Source: a virus (lineage: Duplodnaviria; Caudoviricetes). Taken from it: a stretch of 60,344 bases of DNA. The position numbers were made by a program, and so were the translations under genes. How positions within the stretch are numbered: position 1 is the first letter of the stretch; the number at the start of each line of letters is the position of its first letter. The stretch covers positions 1 through 60,344 of IMG/VR virus record IMGVR_UViG_3300032219_000250; one strand, given 5' to 3'. This document shows, piece by piece, positions 28,901 to 36,590 of the stretch. Under the pieces are notes generated by a model, which was given only the letters and a program-made list of their open reading frames with translations, made no database searches and was not told where the DNA came from.

Positions 28901-29819
28901 ACGGTATGGTGTGCAGATGTACTACATGCTGTTCAAGATGACACGTGAGATGTTGCAAAAACAAGACCCCGTGGTCAGAAAGCAAGCCATGAAGCAACTT
29001 GCTGGTGTGTATGGCACTGCGGCAATCTTCTCTGGCTTACAAGGCTTACCGCTGTTTGGCGTTGCCGCCATGATCTACAACATGTTCAGGGATGACGATG
29101 AAGAAGACTTCGGTACCGCCACACGTGCCTACATGGGGGAACTTGCGTACAAAGGTGTGGTCAATCAACTGACCAACCTTGACATCGCATCGCGTGTTGG
29201 TTTGGGTGATCTAATCTTCCGCGAAAACAAAATGTCGTCAGGCTCAGTATCGCTTGCCGAGACGCTCGGTGAAACGCTCGGTGGCCCTCTGTATGGCATC
29301 GGAACCAAAATTTATCGTGGTGTGAACATGATGTTTGACGGTGAAGTCATGCGCGGGTTTGAGACCGCACTGCCAACCGCCACAGGTAACCTGTTGAGGT
29401 CGTACCGATTCGCTACCGAAGGTGCTAATACTCTGCGTGGCGACCCCATCGTTGGAGACATTGCGGCTGGAAACGCATTTGCACAACTCTTTGGTTTTGC
29501 ACCCGCTAATTACACCAAGCAGTTGGAGATCAACGCAACCATCAAAGGCATCGACAAGTACGTCAACGAGACTGCAACAAAATTGCGCCGCCAGTACAAC
29601 ATCGCTGACAGGACGTACGACTTTGAGAAACAGATGGACGTGCGTGAGAAGTTGGAGAAGCTCTACGCCAAACACCCCTCCCTTGGAGACTTGGATACTT
29701 CTCTTATCAAGTCAAAGGCGGCGTTTGAAAAGCAGACACCGTTGATGTACAACGGCATCACCATCAGCCCGAAACTGCGTGACGAACTACTTGAGTTGGC
29801 GGCAGATTTGGAAGACTAA
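22926..29819 (+). CDS. 2297-aa large polyvalent ejection protein with zincin metallopeptidase and PLxRFG-like domain
   Basis: VLFHELGHAAT (HExxH) plus downstream DEFVAEA; YFPLTRNGDYW; Lys/Glu/Pro linker; last gene of the structural operon. Confidence 0.75.
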   Translation: MRVVNIPNYGPVSFPDGTPDEEINARVARFMAAQQQKQEYTPDYRDLGIGQLVSGGFKRAASSLGSTVTDLLPALGGAMVGNDKYAREQLAEAAEKRRQAELANPTGYKSYKDVRGLGDAAGFVAETVGELGPDILGLLTGAGVGASVGKRIATKGVEETAGKLAVESLAKKGLTGEALDAAAAQVGKDAVEAAAKKGAARGTMTGLYGSSVGLNAPDTFQNIFEKTGNLEPGIALAFGAAQGVLDTYLPSKILSQLGSAGRDRLAGEIVKRSSLIPDSAKVAVAKELAKTTAGEATTEALQEALGILAEKTAGAKGDFLSSENVDRLLNSAIKGAIGGGTFGAPGAIVEGRRSAQLQREEADRRTEAEGQPPAPPTGGTPKVDYNVPAYMRRAGTQTDMFQGELDKARGFGMDEVAKATPDSKGATYAESVEAAKLKLKSKGTSSLTADELNLLRSEPDTEIGTYDEGRQMSLFEDTGEKRAKRQAEVEESFKSAEPDLLGDVLPPTEQEASLEPVPDPRVEALIEKVRRREALAPDEIALLQGRVEEAPISADPRQGALQFAAPAPEGRGFREEPFNTQMPDQLQEKVGRDSAFRQAEQEAAAQKQAETVAAENQRQLQLAEPPAPPAPPAPAPREQVQESFPGMGVRYGDKVRANQEAARAEATTNKTPDAVSGVVSQDMLTGFGVLPAAPLRKRLVGKDLSNPTDRAQVQRELSAYAKNEAVPPESREKVNQFLQSPLFMEQTAMFGPKGGATAAATRKETPRVELKPIEPVPTITGEGVSVPSRPAEPEAPAGTPAPRNGGVDVSTSGTGQTGVRAEPKQGTLKTVKFEPVALVTPKVETKAKAKAKAETPSADEQADLQAELDAEMGQKTEVKATKPEVKVEKSKAEKPEVKAEKPAEKPKAEKPVEKPVEKVEPKKEAKAEKPAEKSVGKSEPKNEQKDVPEDIGEVKVSQARAGSLFERIKAEGYGIEKNDVDAKDVNRATLLKVGRTKLTATAQAAKLYFSKVPRVVDAMRNIAFDVVYDTPRFRRGSESKAESDFFQGMNGENAKLAFDWIRANMSSETNAQLDKLVQEYERQQRMTTDEALVQLFSDAFAGKETVDATIQSYIDAQKGETKKIKLDAVQSAGLPLHPSVVAALKGNDVQGALRLLAASTEGPISQTASALIKAKITSKVVVEKNLTDENGVRVPGYYDPKTDTVYLDAELGLNPHVLFHELGHAATSHVIENKAHPLTKQLTQLFDDVKGSLDTAYGSTSLDEFVAEAWANEEFKGKLNSINPKGEKITAWQRFTNAIVNYFRKLMGKETKGIESAYDVADRLIQAILSPAPEGRNGPMLYAAVVNPKNPMLANWLDQGVEVATKLGVPPQLAAKTHEFLKNSTSGVANNMLLSTLPLHALSDVAKKYLPRAVDVDRLVNEKSGDEYARTQRIEPVINEAERWAKANPQLLDKFNRIVYDSTTNEVDPSVPRETYEKIKDKETREAKLKEWDAMQADWKNLGPGGRQVYTRMRDTYAAMYEDVKKAIGAKIDSATSADTAKKIKNEIYAKLAERGHVSPYFPLTRNGDYWLSYTAKDARGQPDFYVMAFETEYERSRVEAQLKAGKTEKELKEMAIRAYKNIGEISYKDVPPTSFVNGVLKTLEVNKVDEKAREEVMRLFLNTLPETSFAQGFQRRQNRLGFNRDAIRAFREKSMSMARQLNNMTYASKLTDLRDQLRADVRALGQTEDNRVAAEYYDELKQRINFAISPTTNTATRILSSIGFNYLLGFNISSAAVNLTQVPLIVLPYLGGKYTYGDASKAIQEAYKMYARSGFDRNVTIMSKEGDKDVQVNERAMPALDNYDFAALDAKKDARTKRLETLAEEASRAGQLNRSMFYDVLEVDGSKNFFSVFNGASSFAFHHGERMNRQVTMIAAYNLELDSIDGKLNKRVDPDSTEDTRTFKDLSQKEREQYAARQAIYTTEMTNGGTTAASAPRIAQGAWGKVLFMFKRYGVQMYYMLFKMTREMLQKQDPVVRKQAMKQLAGVYGTAAIFSGLQGLPLFGVAAMIYNMFRDDDEEDFGTATRAYMGELAYKGVVNQLTNLDIASRVGLGDLIFRENKMSSGSVSLAETLGETLGGPLYGIGTKIYRGVNMMFDGEVMRGFETALPTATGNLLRSYRFATEGANTLRGDPIVGDIAAGNAFAQLFGFAPANYTKQLEINATIKGIDKYVNETATKLRRQYNIADRTYDFEKQMDVREKLEKLYAKHPSLGDLDTSLIKSKAAFEKQTPLMYNGITISPKLRDELLELAADLED

Positions 29820-29822
29820 GAG

Positions 29823-29849
29823 AAAAAACTCCCCGCACTAGGCGGGGAG
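29823..29849 (-). terminator. intrinsic terminator
   Basis: Minus strand CTCCCCGC-CTAGT-GCGGGGAG followed by TTTTTT. Confidence 0.8.
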
Positions 29850-29902
29850 GGAACTTCTCAAAGGAGAGGGAGATGAAACGACGGCAACTGCAATCACCGT
29901 CA
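29823..29902 (-). ncRNA. candidate ~80-nt trans-acting anti-RBS small RNA
   Basis: Own promoter, 5' hairpin GACGGTGA..TTGCCGTC, core GTTTCATCTCCCTCTCCTTT, terminator; core complementary to several phage translation starts. Confidence 0.6.
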
Positions 29903-29907
29903 CCGTG

Positions 29908-29936
29908 ACTGTATCACACCACTCTCCAAAAGCGAA
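29908..29936 (-). promoter_or_regulatory. sigma70-like promoter for the small RNA
   Basis: TTCGCT-17 nt-TACAGT with TG upstream of the -10. Confidence 0.5.
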
Positions 29937-30150
29937 CCCCTAATTTTCCTGCTTCAATCCGCTCGGCATGGGTTAGCTTGATTTCACGAAGCTCTGCTTC
30001 CCGTTGCATCTGTCTGATAAGTTTTGACAGGTTTAACGCAGGTATAAATACCGATGCGCCAACAGGAAACAGGCTCCACCGTACCTTGATTTCAACCCCA
30101 TCAGGGTTAATCGGCTTGCTGTACGGCTGTGGGAAGATTGATTGAGACAT
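29914..30150 (-). CDS. small hypothetical (possible DNA-binding) protein
   Basis: WSLFPVGASVFIP...GVRFWRV; overlaps end of primase. Confidence 0.6.
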   Translation of the reverse strand: MSQSIFPQPYSKPINPDGVEIKVRWSLFPVGASVFIPALNLSKLIRQMQREAELREIKLTHAERIEAGKLGVRFWRVV

Positions 30151-32998
30151 GCGCCGCCGCCAAGGTTTGCTCGACTTCATCCGACATGAACTCGGAACAG
30201 TCAATGACCAGTGCATCACTGGGAGGTAAGTTCATGTGTGTTCCCTTGCCCATGCGCACCTTCTTCATCACGGCGCGGGTCTGACCTGTCTTCAAACTTT
30301 CAACGAACGTCTGATAGTTGATCTGCTGTTTGTTGCACCACTCACGCAGTGGCTTGGGCAACAGATACATCTTCTTCACGTCATACTCATACCGAGCCAC
30401 CAGCGAGATGCGCGGCGAAGCATCAGGAATAATTAAATGCTCCAGTGCATCGCTTGCGTTGCGAGCATCGTCAGTGCTCTTGATACGCAAGATGTTGTTG
30501 TAGTTCTCGGCGAGAAAACTCGTCAAGGTGTCTTCAAGGGTGCCGCTCATTGTTTCAATCTCCTGTTTTGCTTTCTGAATTACACCAATCAACCACGTCA
30601 CAACATCTGATATTTTGTATTGGATCAAACCAAGGCGTTTGGCAACAAGCAGTCCGGTGATTGCCGATGCCGCTTGCACTGACCAAAAGCGGTGAGGTTG
30701 CGACAACCCTGCCGCTATATCAATACGTTCTTGTGTTTGCAGAAAGAGCGTACGGCACTCATCCATATTGGCAATAACGTACTGCATCAGTGGGATGCAA
30801 GCATGTCCGTAGTGTGCGTACAAGTTACGGCTCAAAACATCTGTCTCGGCTTTGGTGTCAAAGTGAAACTTCTGTGCCTCGTACTCCAACACGCGAGTAG
30901 CCTCGGCCTTGGGGATTGCCTTATACATACGAACACGTGCTAGTAAACTCGTGTTCCCTGTGCTGCACGCATTTGTGTGCCACGTCTCTCCACGTGCACG
31001 TTCCATGTTGGCGTTCTGACTCTGCCGATTCCTCTGCATACCGCCAGTCAGTTGGTACAGAAAGTCACTCGCTTCTTTTGGATGCACGTTGGTCATCTCG
31101 TCAATCGGCAAGAAGATGTTCTTGTACAACTCAGCGCGGTTCATCTTGGACGCATGGGTATCAACTTCACGAAGAAGAATCAACTCAGGGTTACCCCAAA
31201 TACTTGCACCCGCCATCATCGCTGTGGTCTTGCCAAGTCCGGGGTCTTGACTGTAAACGTGAAAGAGTGAAGCGCACTGCGGTACGAACTGCATGAACGG
31301 TGAACCGAACGATAGCCCAAGAATGTACTGGTGCAACTCCATACCATCGCGGTTGTAGAAGTCAGCGATCTCTTTCCAACCATCCAACGTGCCCTTGCTT
31401 TGAAACAGAGGAAACATGCGGACAGTAGAACTGGACGGAGGATTGTGATCCACACGGTCAGCCCGTATTTCTTTGCTACCAACAACAAACGCAGACATCT
31501 GCTCGTCTACCCAACCAAACTGCCGTCGGGCCTCATCAGCTTGTGTAGTTGCTTGCAACTTGTTTACCCATGATGCGGTGTATGACATAAGTTCTTCCAT
31601 CTTGATTACGGCAACGCCATGCGCCGCCATGTGTTTGCGAAACTCGTCCTTACTCAGGATCGACGCTAATGGAACGGTGAACTCACGCACCCCATCTTTA
31701 GGGAGGTGCAGTCGCATGACAACTGCCTCACCAACATCAGGATCACGCAGTCGTCTTACGACATAGAAGTCGTTGTGATAAATCGGCACCTCTATTGGGT
31801 CACCTTCCTTGTTCTTCATGCGCTTGAAAATACCGCCTGTCTTTCCACGGAAGAAAGGCTCGGGGTACTTCGGAATGATGTAGGTCTGCTTGGGTACGTC
31901 AACATGCAACTCGGGAACATCTTCCACAATGTTGTCTGCTTCGGTAGCTTCCTGCACTTCGCGTCCGAGCACGATAGGTGACTTGAACTTGCCACGGTGC
32001 TTGCAGTCTTTGCACACGTTGGGACTGAACTCGTCAAACTTGTCGCACGTATATGGCCCTTTGATCTGCGCCGCTTTTGCTTCGGTTGTATCAGGGTTGT
32101 AGTCGGGGTGACCCACTGAAATTTTGTGAATCGCTTTTGCGCCATCAACGCAGAACTTTGCAACGGACAGCCCGGCCCGCCACATAGGTTCACTCAGGGT
32201 AGCTTGTTCCTCTATGACCTTTTGAATCTGCGCACAGCCACGCCCTGCGGCGGTCTTCTGCACAATCAGTTTGAATGAGTTAGAGAAACTACCCGCCAGT
32301 GCGTTTGTCACGTCATCCATGACTCGCGGCACAAAGTTCCGTGCAGTGACAGGCACTTCACCCATCAACGCCTTGAACGCTTCAAACGTGATTGGCTTGC
32401 TCGGCTCACCGAGAATCGCCACAGGCGAAGGGGGATCGTCTTTGAAGTTGAATGACTCAGGTACACGAAGCACACGTGCCTTGTCACTCGGCACTGATGT
32501 ATCAATGTCGAACGCATGTAAATTACACAGTGCTTTGAATTGCTCGGCAACAACTTTCCACTCGTCTGCATCCACTGCCGCAACCAAAGGCCAGTACACA
32601 TGCACCCCTCCACCCGAATCAACCAGTGTGGGACGTGGTAATTTTGTTGCTACGCAAAACTTGCGCAACTCGGCAATCGCCGCTTGCTTACTTGGGAATT
32701 CCTTCCCCTCTCGACAGTCGAGGTCAAGAAAAAATGACCGCAACTGATGCGCGTTTTCGCCCTTACGATTCTCAGCCGTTTTGAATGTGGCGAGGGCAAA
32801 GTACGCATTGAATCCTTCTTTGATGAGGTTGTCTGCCGCATGGCACATCGCCTCTATGGTAGGGTACAACTTCTGCTTCTTGATCTCACGTTTTTGTTCA
32901 TCGCCGTTACCGTCGATATATGTCTCAACACGTGCGCCGAATACGCAGTAATGCCCCTCTCCACTCAGGACTGTTTCTAAAAATGTTTGTGTCTGCAT
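30107..32998 (-). CDS. DNA primase-helicase (AEP-type primase, Cys cluster, DUF927-like region, P-loop helicase)
   Basis: FFLDLD, SGGGVHVYW, ARVLRVP primase motifs; GPYTC..F...C.DC; Walker A GLGKTT, Walker B LPIDE. Confidence 0.85.
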   Translation of the reverse strand: MQTQTFLETVLSGEGHYCVFGARVETYIDGNGDEQKREIKKQKLYPTIEAMCHAADNLIKEGFNAYFALATFKTAENRKGENAHQLRSFFLDLDCREGKEFPSKQAAIAELRKFCVATKLPRPTLVDSGGGVHVYWPLVAAVDADEWKVVAEQFKALCNLHAFDIDTSVPSDKARVLRVPESFNFKDDPPSPVAILGEPSKPITFEAFKALMGEVPVTARNFVPRVMDDVTNALAGSFSNSFKLIVQKTAAGRGCAQIQKVIEEQATLSEPMWRAGLSVAKFCVDGAKAIHKISVGHPDYNPDTTEAKAAQIKGPYTCDKFDEFSPNVCKDCKHRGKFKSPIVLGREVQEATEADNIVEDVPELHVDVPKQTYIIPKYPEPFFRGKTGGIFKRMKNKEGDPIEVPIYHNDFYVVRRLRDPDVGEAVVMRLHLPKDGVREFTVPLASILSKDEFRKHMAAHGVAVIKMEELMSYTASWVNKLQATTQADEARRQFGWVDEQMSAFVVGSKEIRADRVDHNPPSSSTVRMFPLFQSKGTLDGWKEIADFYNRDGMELHQYILGLSFGSPFMQFVPQCASLFHVYSQDPGLGKTTAMMAGASIWGNPELILLREVDTHASKMNRAELYKNIFLPIDEMTNVHPKEASDFLYQLTGGMQRNRQSQNANMERARGETWHTNACSTGNTSLLARVRMYKAIPKAEATRVLEYEAQKFHFDTKAETDVLSRNLYAHYGHACIPLMQYVIANMDECRTLFLQTQERIDIAAGLSQPHRFWSVQAASAITGLLVAKRLGLIQYKISDVVTWLIGVIQKAKQEIETMSGTLEDTLTSFLAENYNNILRIKSTDDARNASDALEHLIIPDASPRISLVARYEYDVKKMYLLPKPLREWCNKQQINYQTFVESLKTGQTRAVMKKVRMGKGTHMNLPPSDALVIDCSEFMSDEVEQTLAAAHVSINLPTAVQQAD

Positions 32999-33020
32999 GA
33001 CCGCCTTCTGAAGTGGAGTG

Positions 33021-33053
33021 AAAGAAAAAAGGGTGCGGGAGCGACCCGCACCC
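33021..33053 (-). terminator. intrinsic terminator between the SSB-like gene and primase
   Basis: GGGTGCGGG-TCGCT-CCCGCACCC followed by TTTTTTCTTT on the minus strand. Confidence 0.8.
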
Positions 33054-33064
33054 TGACAAAACGA

Positions 33065-33988
33065 TTAGTCGTCCCAACCGTCCACCAACTCACTCAGCTT
33101 TGGGGCATCAGTGTTGGCAACAGTTTTCTTGGGGGCAACTTTCGTAGGCTCTTCCACTTCTTCAACGGCAACAGTTTTCTTGGGCGCAACTTTAGCGGCG
33201 ATCTTCTCGTACACAGGAGCATCTTCCTGCTTGGTCAACTCACCCATAGTGCGCACGCCATCTTTAGGCTTGATCACCACAGTCATCTTCACCGCTTCAT
33301 CAGCTTCAGCAGAATTGCGCACTGCTTCCACATCGTTGTACTCTTCTTCAGTGATCGGACGCACAGGCTTAAAGATCAACTTGGGAGTCGGCGATGCAGT
33401 GTCGAAACGCATCTCAGTGATCACACCCGCAACAGGTGTGTTGTGTGCCTTCAAGTGGCGACCGTACGCTTGCAGAGGGAGCTTGCCCTTCTCGCCATCA
33501 CCGAACACAGATGTTGCAGGGCAGATGACTTGATAGACTTCGCGCTTGGCGGTCTCGCCTTCAATCAACACGGCAATGCGTTGATGGAATCGGCATGCAC
33601 GACCTTCACCTTGGGATGCAGACCCCTTGATGTTTTGTGGGCAGTCCATGCACTTGTTGGCTTGCTTCTGCTCTGCGGGTACAGCGGCATCAGGCGTTTG
33701 GTTGTTGCTTGACCAACATGTTGGTGAGGCGTTTTGTCCTTCGACATACGCACCCTCAAAGAAAGTGCGGTACACGTTCGGCGCGGCCTTGACGATGATC
33801 ACGCCAATAGCACGGTCTTCACTCGTACGAACTTCTTTGTTGCCAAGCATCTCACGGAACACGCCGCCTTTGATGCTGATCTTGCGTTGACCCGCTTCGC
33901 CACCTGCCAGTGAGGAAGTGGTGTCATCTTCTTGCAGGTTCTTCAGGTAGGCGGGAAGCCCAGTTTTGAACAGTGTTAATTCGCTCAT
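33065..33988 (-). CDS. single-stranded DNA binding / annealing-like protein
   Basis: SD AAGGAGA; KISIKGGVFR, PTCWS, C.DCP.N..GS...GRACR; acidic/aromatic C-terminal tip WDD. Confidence 0.6.
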   Translation of the reverse strand: MSELTLFKTGLPAYLKNLQEDDTTSSLAGGEAGQRKISIKGGVFREMLGNKEVRTSEDRAIGVIIVKAAPNVYRTFFEGAYVEGQNASPTCWSSNNQTPDAAVPAEQKQANKCMDCPQNIKGSASQGEGRACRFHQRIAVLIEGETAKREVYQVICPATSVFGDGEKGKLPLQAYGRHLKAHNTPVAGVITEMRFDTASPTPKLIFKPVRPITEEEYNDVEAVRNSAEADEAVKMTVVIKPKDGVRTMGELTKQEDAPVYEKIAAKVAPKKTVAVEEVEEPTKVAPKKTVANTDAPKLSELVDGWDD

Positions 33989-33998
33989 CTCATTCTCC

Positions 33999-34280
33999 TT
34001 AAACATCTTTATCAGGGTTAAAGTCCAACTCCAATTGCACGGGTGCTTTGGGGTCAGGGGTATCTGCCACAGGTGCGACAGGTTCGGGGGTAGCGTCAGC
34101 GGATACACGGCGCAAGGCCGCATCCACGTCAGCAATTTTGAAGCGGTACGTATTGCCCAACTTCAAAAAATCGGTGGTTGTTAATTTGCCAGTACGAATC
34201 CACGTGCGAATAGTGGACACGGATACCGAGTAGTACTTGGCAACGTCTTCTATCGAGACATAGGTGTTGTCGCTCATCAT
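33999..34280 (-). CDS. excisionase/MerR-like helix-turn-helix DNA-binding protein
   Basis: VSIEDVAKYYSVSVSTIRTWIRTGKL....KLG..YRF. Confidence 0.8.
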   Translation of the reverse strand: MMSDNTYVSIEDVAKYYSVSVSTIRTWIRTGKLTTTDFLKLGNTYRFKIADVDAALRRVSADATPEPVAPVADTPDPKAPVQLELDFNPDKDV

Positions 34281-34669
34281 TCCTTCCTCACAGTGATTTG
34301 GTATTCGCTATCCACGTTAAGACCCGGTGGTAGCAAGTCGGGGTGTTCTTCTAAAAACGTCTGCATGTTGCCTTGGTGTAGGCGTTTCTCGAACAACTCG
34401 GGCACTTGGTGCTCAAGGACAAACTTGCCCATCGCTTCCCAATTGTTTGTGGTGAACCGCTTCTTAACACTGCGATAGAACAAGCCCTCGCCAGTGCGCA
34501 CGGTTTCTAGATTTTGAACTTTCAGATAGTCGAGGAGTCCCGCTTTGACCTGATCCATCTGCGCGTCAATCTTCTTGACTTGCGCCTCAAGATCGGCCTT
34601 TGCCGCCCTCATTTTTAGGTAGACCTTCACGAGCTTTTCAGCGGGGATAGTCGGTGCAGTTTCACTCAT
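34277..34669 (-). CDS. coiled-coil replication-module protein
   Basis: SD GGAGAG; LVKVYLKMR...VRTGEG...LLPPGLNVD. Confidence 0.65.
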   Translation of the reverse strand: MSETAPTIPAEKLVKVYLKMRAAKADLEAQVKKIDAQMDQVKAGLLDYLKVQNLETVRTGEGLFYRSVKKRFTTNNWEAMGKFVLEHQVPELFEKRLHQGNMQTFLEEHPDLLPPGLNVDSEYQITVRKE

Positions 34670-34701
34670 CTCATCTCTCCATTTTGGTTGTAGGAACTCT
34701 C

Positions 34702-34729
34702 AGTATATCTCAATTTTTATGTTAGTCAA
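34702..34729 (-). promoter_or_regulatory. sigma70-like promoter
   Basis: TTGACT-16 nt-TATACT. Confidence 0.65.
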
Positions 34730-36260
34730 GCAATTGTTTGTAAAGATCAACAATTTGTGTGTGAATGACGTTTTTATTATCTAACATTGTGTAAACATGT
34801 TTTTCTGCGTTAGACCCAATCAAGCGAATGACGACTGTTGGATGGTGTTGCCCTGCACGATGTACTCGTGCGTTTGCTTGGGCGTAGGTCTCCAGCGAAG
34901 ATGTCGGCCCCCACCACACCACCGTGTCTGCGGCAGTGAGCGTCACGCCGTGTGCGGCAGACTGCGGCTGAATGACTAGCACCCTCGGCTCGGGGGTCTC
35001 TTGGAATCGTTTGAATATCTCGGTGCGCTTGACCGCAGACACGTCTCCACGGATGATCTCGGCGGTGACCCCATCTTCCAGTAGCTTGGCGGTGATCAGG
35101 TCGATGGCATGCTTGAACGGCACGAAGACCAACACCTTGTTGTTCGCCTCGTCAATGACCTCTTTGAGCACGGTGTAGCGGTTCTTGATGTCAAACTCCA
35201 CCACCTCCTTGGTGTCTGAGTAGACTGCGCCACAAGATATTTGTAGGAGCTTAGATAGGTTCACAGCGGCGTTGACCGCCGTGATCTCTTCCCCTGCCGC
35301 TTCCATGACCATGCGGTTCTTCATCAGGTTGTAGAACTTCTGTTGTTGCTTGGTCAGTTGCACCTCGCGGTTGACGTACGTCATCTCAGGCAAGTCGAGA
35401 CACTCTTCCTTGGTGAAGCGGATGGCGGGTTGCAGGGAATTGAACACCGTGTCCAGTGCGGTCGGCTTGGGCACCCACTTGAACTGCGTGACCTTGTACA
35501 TCACCATGTCTTTGAATGACCCAAAGAACTTGGGCACACCGAGCGGGTTGACCAACTTGGCAAGGCCGTATGCGTCCACAGGGGATTGCGCGGCGGGTGT
35601 GCCAGTCAGCATCCATAACCAAGTATCCGGTTTGACCAGTGCGTTGAGCACCTTCCACCGATTTGTTTGGGCGTTCTTATATGCGTTTGCTTCGTCCACC
35701 ACAATCAGGTCAAACCCTCCCTTTTCGATGGCATCAGCCACGACTTCAACACCGTCAAAGTTGATGATGACAAACTCGGCTTGGGATTCAATGACTGCGC
35801 GGCGTTTCTCTGCCGAGCCGTGTGCGATGTCCACAGATCGGTGCATGGCAAACTTAAACAAGTCAGCCCTCCATGCGGAGTCCATGATTGATAGGGGGCA
35901 GATGACAAGCACCCTCTTGATACGCCCTTGTTTGAGTAGGTAGTCAGCCGCCCAAATGACTGACCCTGTTTTGCCTGTGCCCTGCTCGTTGAGGCAGAAG
36001 GCCCGTTTGTTTAGAGTGAGGAACGCAGAAGTTGTTTTCTGGTGGTCGAATGGCTTGTACAGCCCGGGCCAAGTGTAGTTGCGCAGGATAGGAGATGGTA
36101 CGTTCTTGATCTTCAGGTTCTTCAAAACCTGCGCTTCGTCAAGCCCCCAATGCACCAACACGTTGTGTTGTCCCATCGCCCGACTCTTCGGAATAACTGC
36201 GGTAACCTTTTCGGGGTCGCGCAATTTTAACAAGAGTGCCTTGTTCTCAATGATTTCCAT
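34722..36260 (-). CDS. SNF2-like superfamily 2 helicase
   Basis: GTGKT, VVDEA, LTGTP, HGVTLTAAD, QANARVHRAGQ motifs. Confidence 0.9.
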   Translation of the reverse strand: MEIIENKALLLKLRDPEKVTAVIPKSRAMGQHNVLVHWGLDEAQVLKNLKIKNVPSPILRNYTWPGLYKPFDHQKTTSAFLTLNKRAFCLNEQGTGKTGSVIWAADYLLKQGRIKRVLVICPLSIMDSAWRADLFKFAMHRSVDIAHGSAEKRRAVIESQAEFVIINFDGVEVVADAIEKGGFDLIVVDEANAYKNAQTNRWKVLNALVKPDTWLWMLTGTPAAQSPVDAYGLAKLVNPLGVPKFFGSFKDMVMYKVTQFKWVPKPTALDTVFNSLQPAIRFTKEECLDLPEMTYVNREVQLTKQQQKFYNLMKNRMVMEAAGEEITAVNAAVNLSKLLQISCGAVYSDTKEVVEFDIKNRYTVLKEVIDEANNKVLVFVPFKHAIDLITAKLLEDGVTAEIIRGDVSAVKRTEIFKRFQETPEPRVLVIQPQSAAHGVTLTAADTVVWWGPTSSLETYAQANARVHRAGQHHPTVVIRLIGSNAEKHVYTMLDNKNVIHTQIVDLYKQLLD

Positions 36261-36282
36261 GTCGTTTCATCTTCTCGTTATA

Positions 36283-36357
36283 GGCGGCACCGTCTTGGAT
36301 TCAAACCAAGCAACCTAGTCTTGTCGATCTGTGTGTACTCACCACACCGCCGATGCC
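36283..36357 (-). ncRNA. tRNA-like element (intact acceptor, D and T arms; irregular anticodon arm; no encoded CCA)
   Basis: GGCATCG/CGGTGCC, GTGT/ACAC, CTTGG-TTTGAAT-CCAAG; 73 nt to the discriminator. Confidence 0.6.
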
Positions 36358-36359
36358 AT

Positions 36360-36555
36360 TTTCAAAACTCAATGCACGATACGCAGAAAGTGGTGTCCAC
36401 TTTCTGCATACCCTGCTTGTTGGTTCCCCCGACAAAGCGTTTAGCCGAGTGCCAACTGGTGTAGTTAAAGGGTATCTAACGATGCCCCTGATCGCTCACC
36501 CACACCTTACAGCGATCAAATTGGTGTCCAACTGAGGAGAAGCACACCTGAATTT
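36360..36555 (-). ncRNA. multi-hairpin structured RNA / long leader
   Basis: At least four hairpins downstream of a strong promoter; no credible ORF. Confidence 0.5.
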
Positions 36556-36561
36556 CTACCC

Positions 36562-36590
36562 AATGTAGCGGGTACTTTTTAGTTTGTCAA
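36562..36590 (-). promoter_or_regulatory. sigma70-like promoter
   Basis: TTGACA-17 nt-TACATT. Confidence 0.75.

Noticed and set aside
33999-34280. Integration module implied by the Xis-like HTH
   Set aside because: No tyrosine or serine recombinase or att-like arrangement is recognisable; such HTH genes are common in replication operons.
36308-36325. Amber suppressor reading (CTA) of the tRNA-like element, which could explain the TAG at 47746
   Set aside because: The alternative CAA-GACTAGG-TTG hairpin has only 3 bp, lacks U33, and is out of register with the D and T arms.
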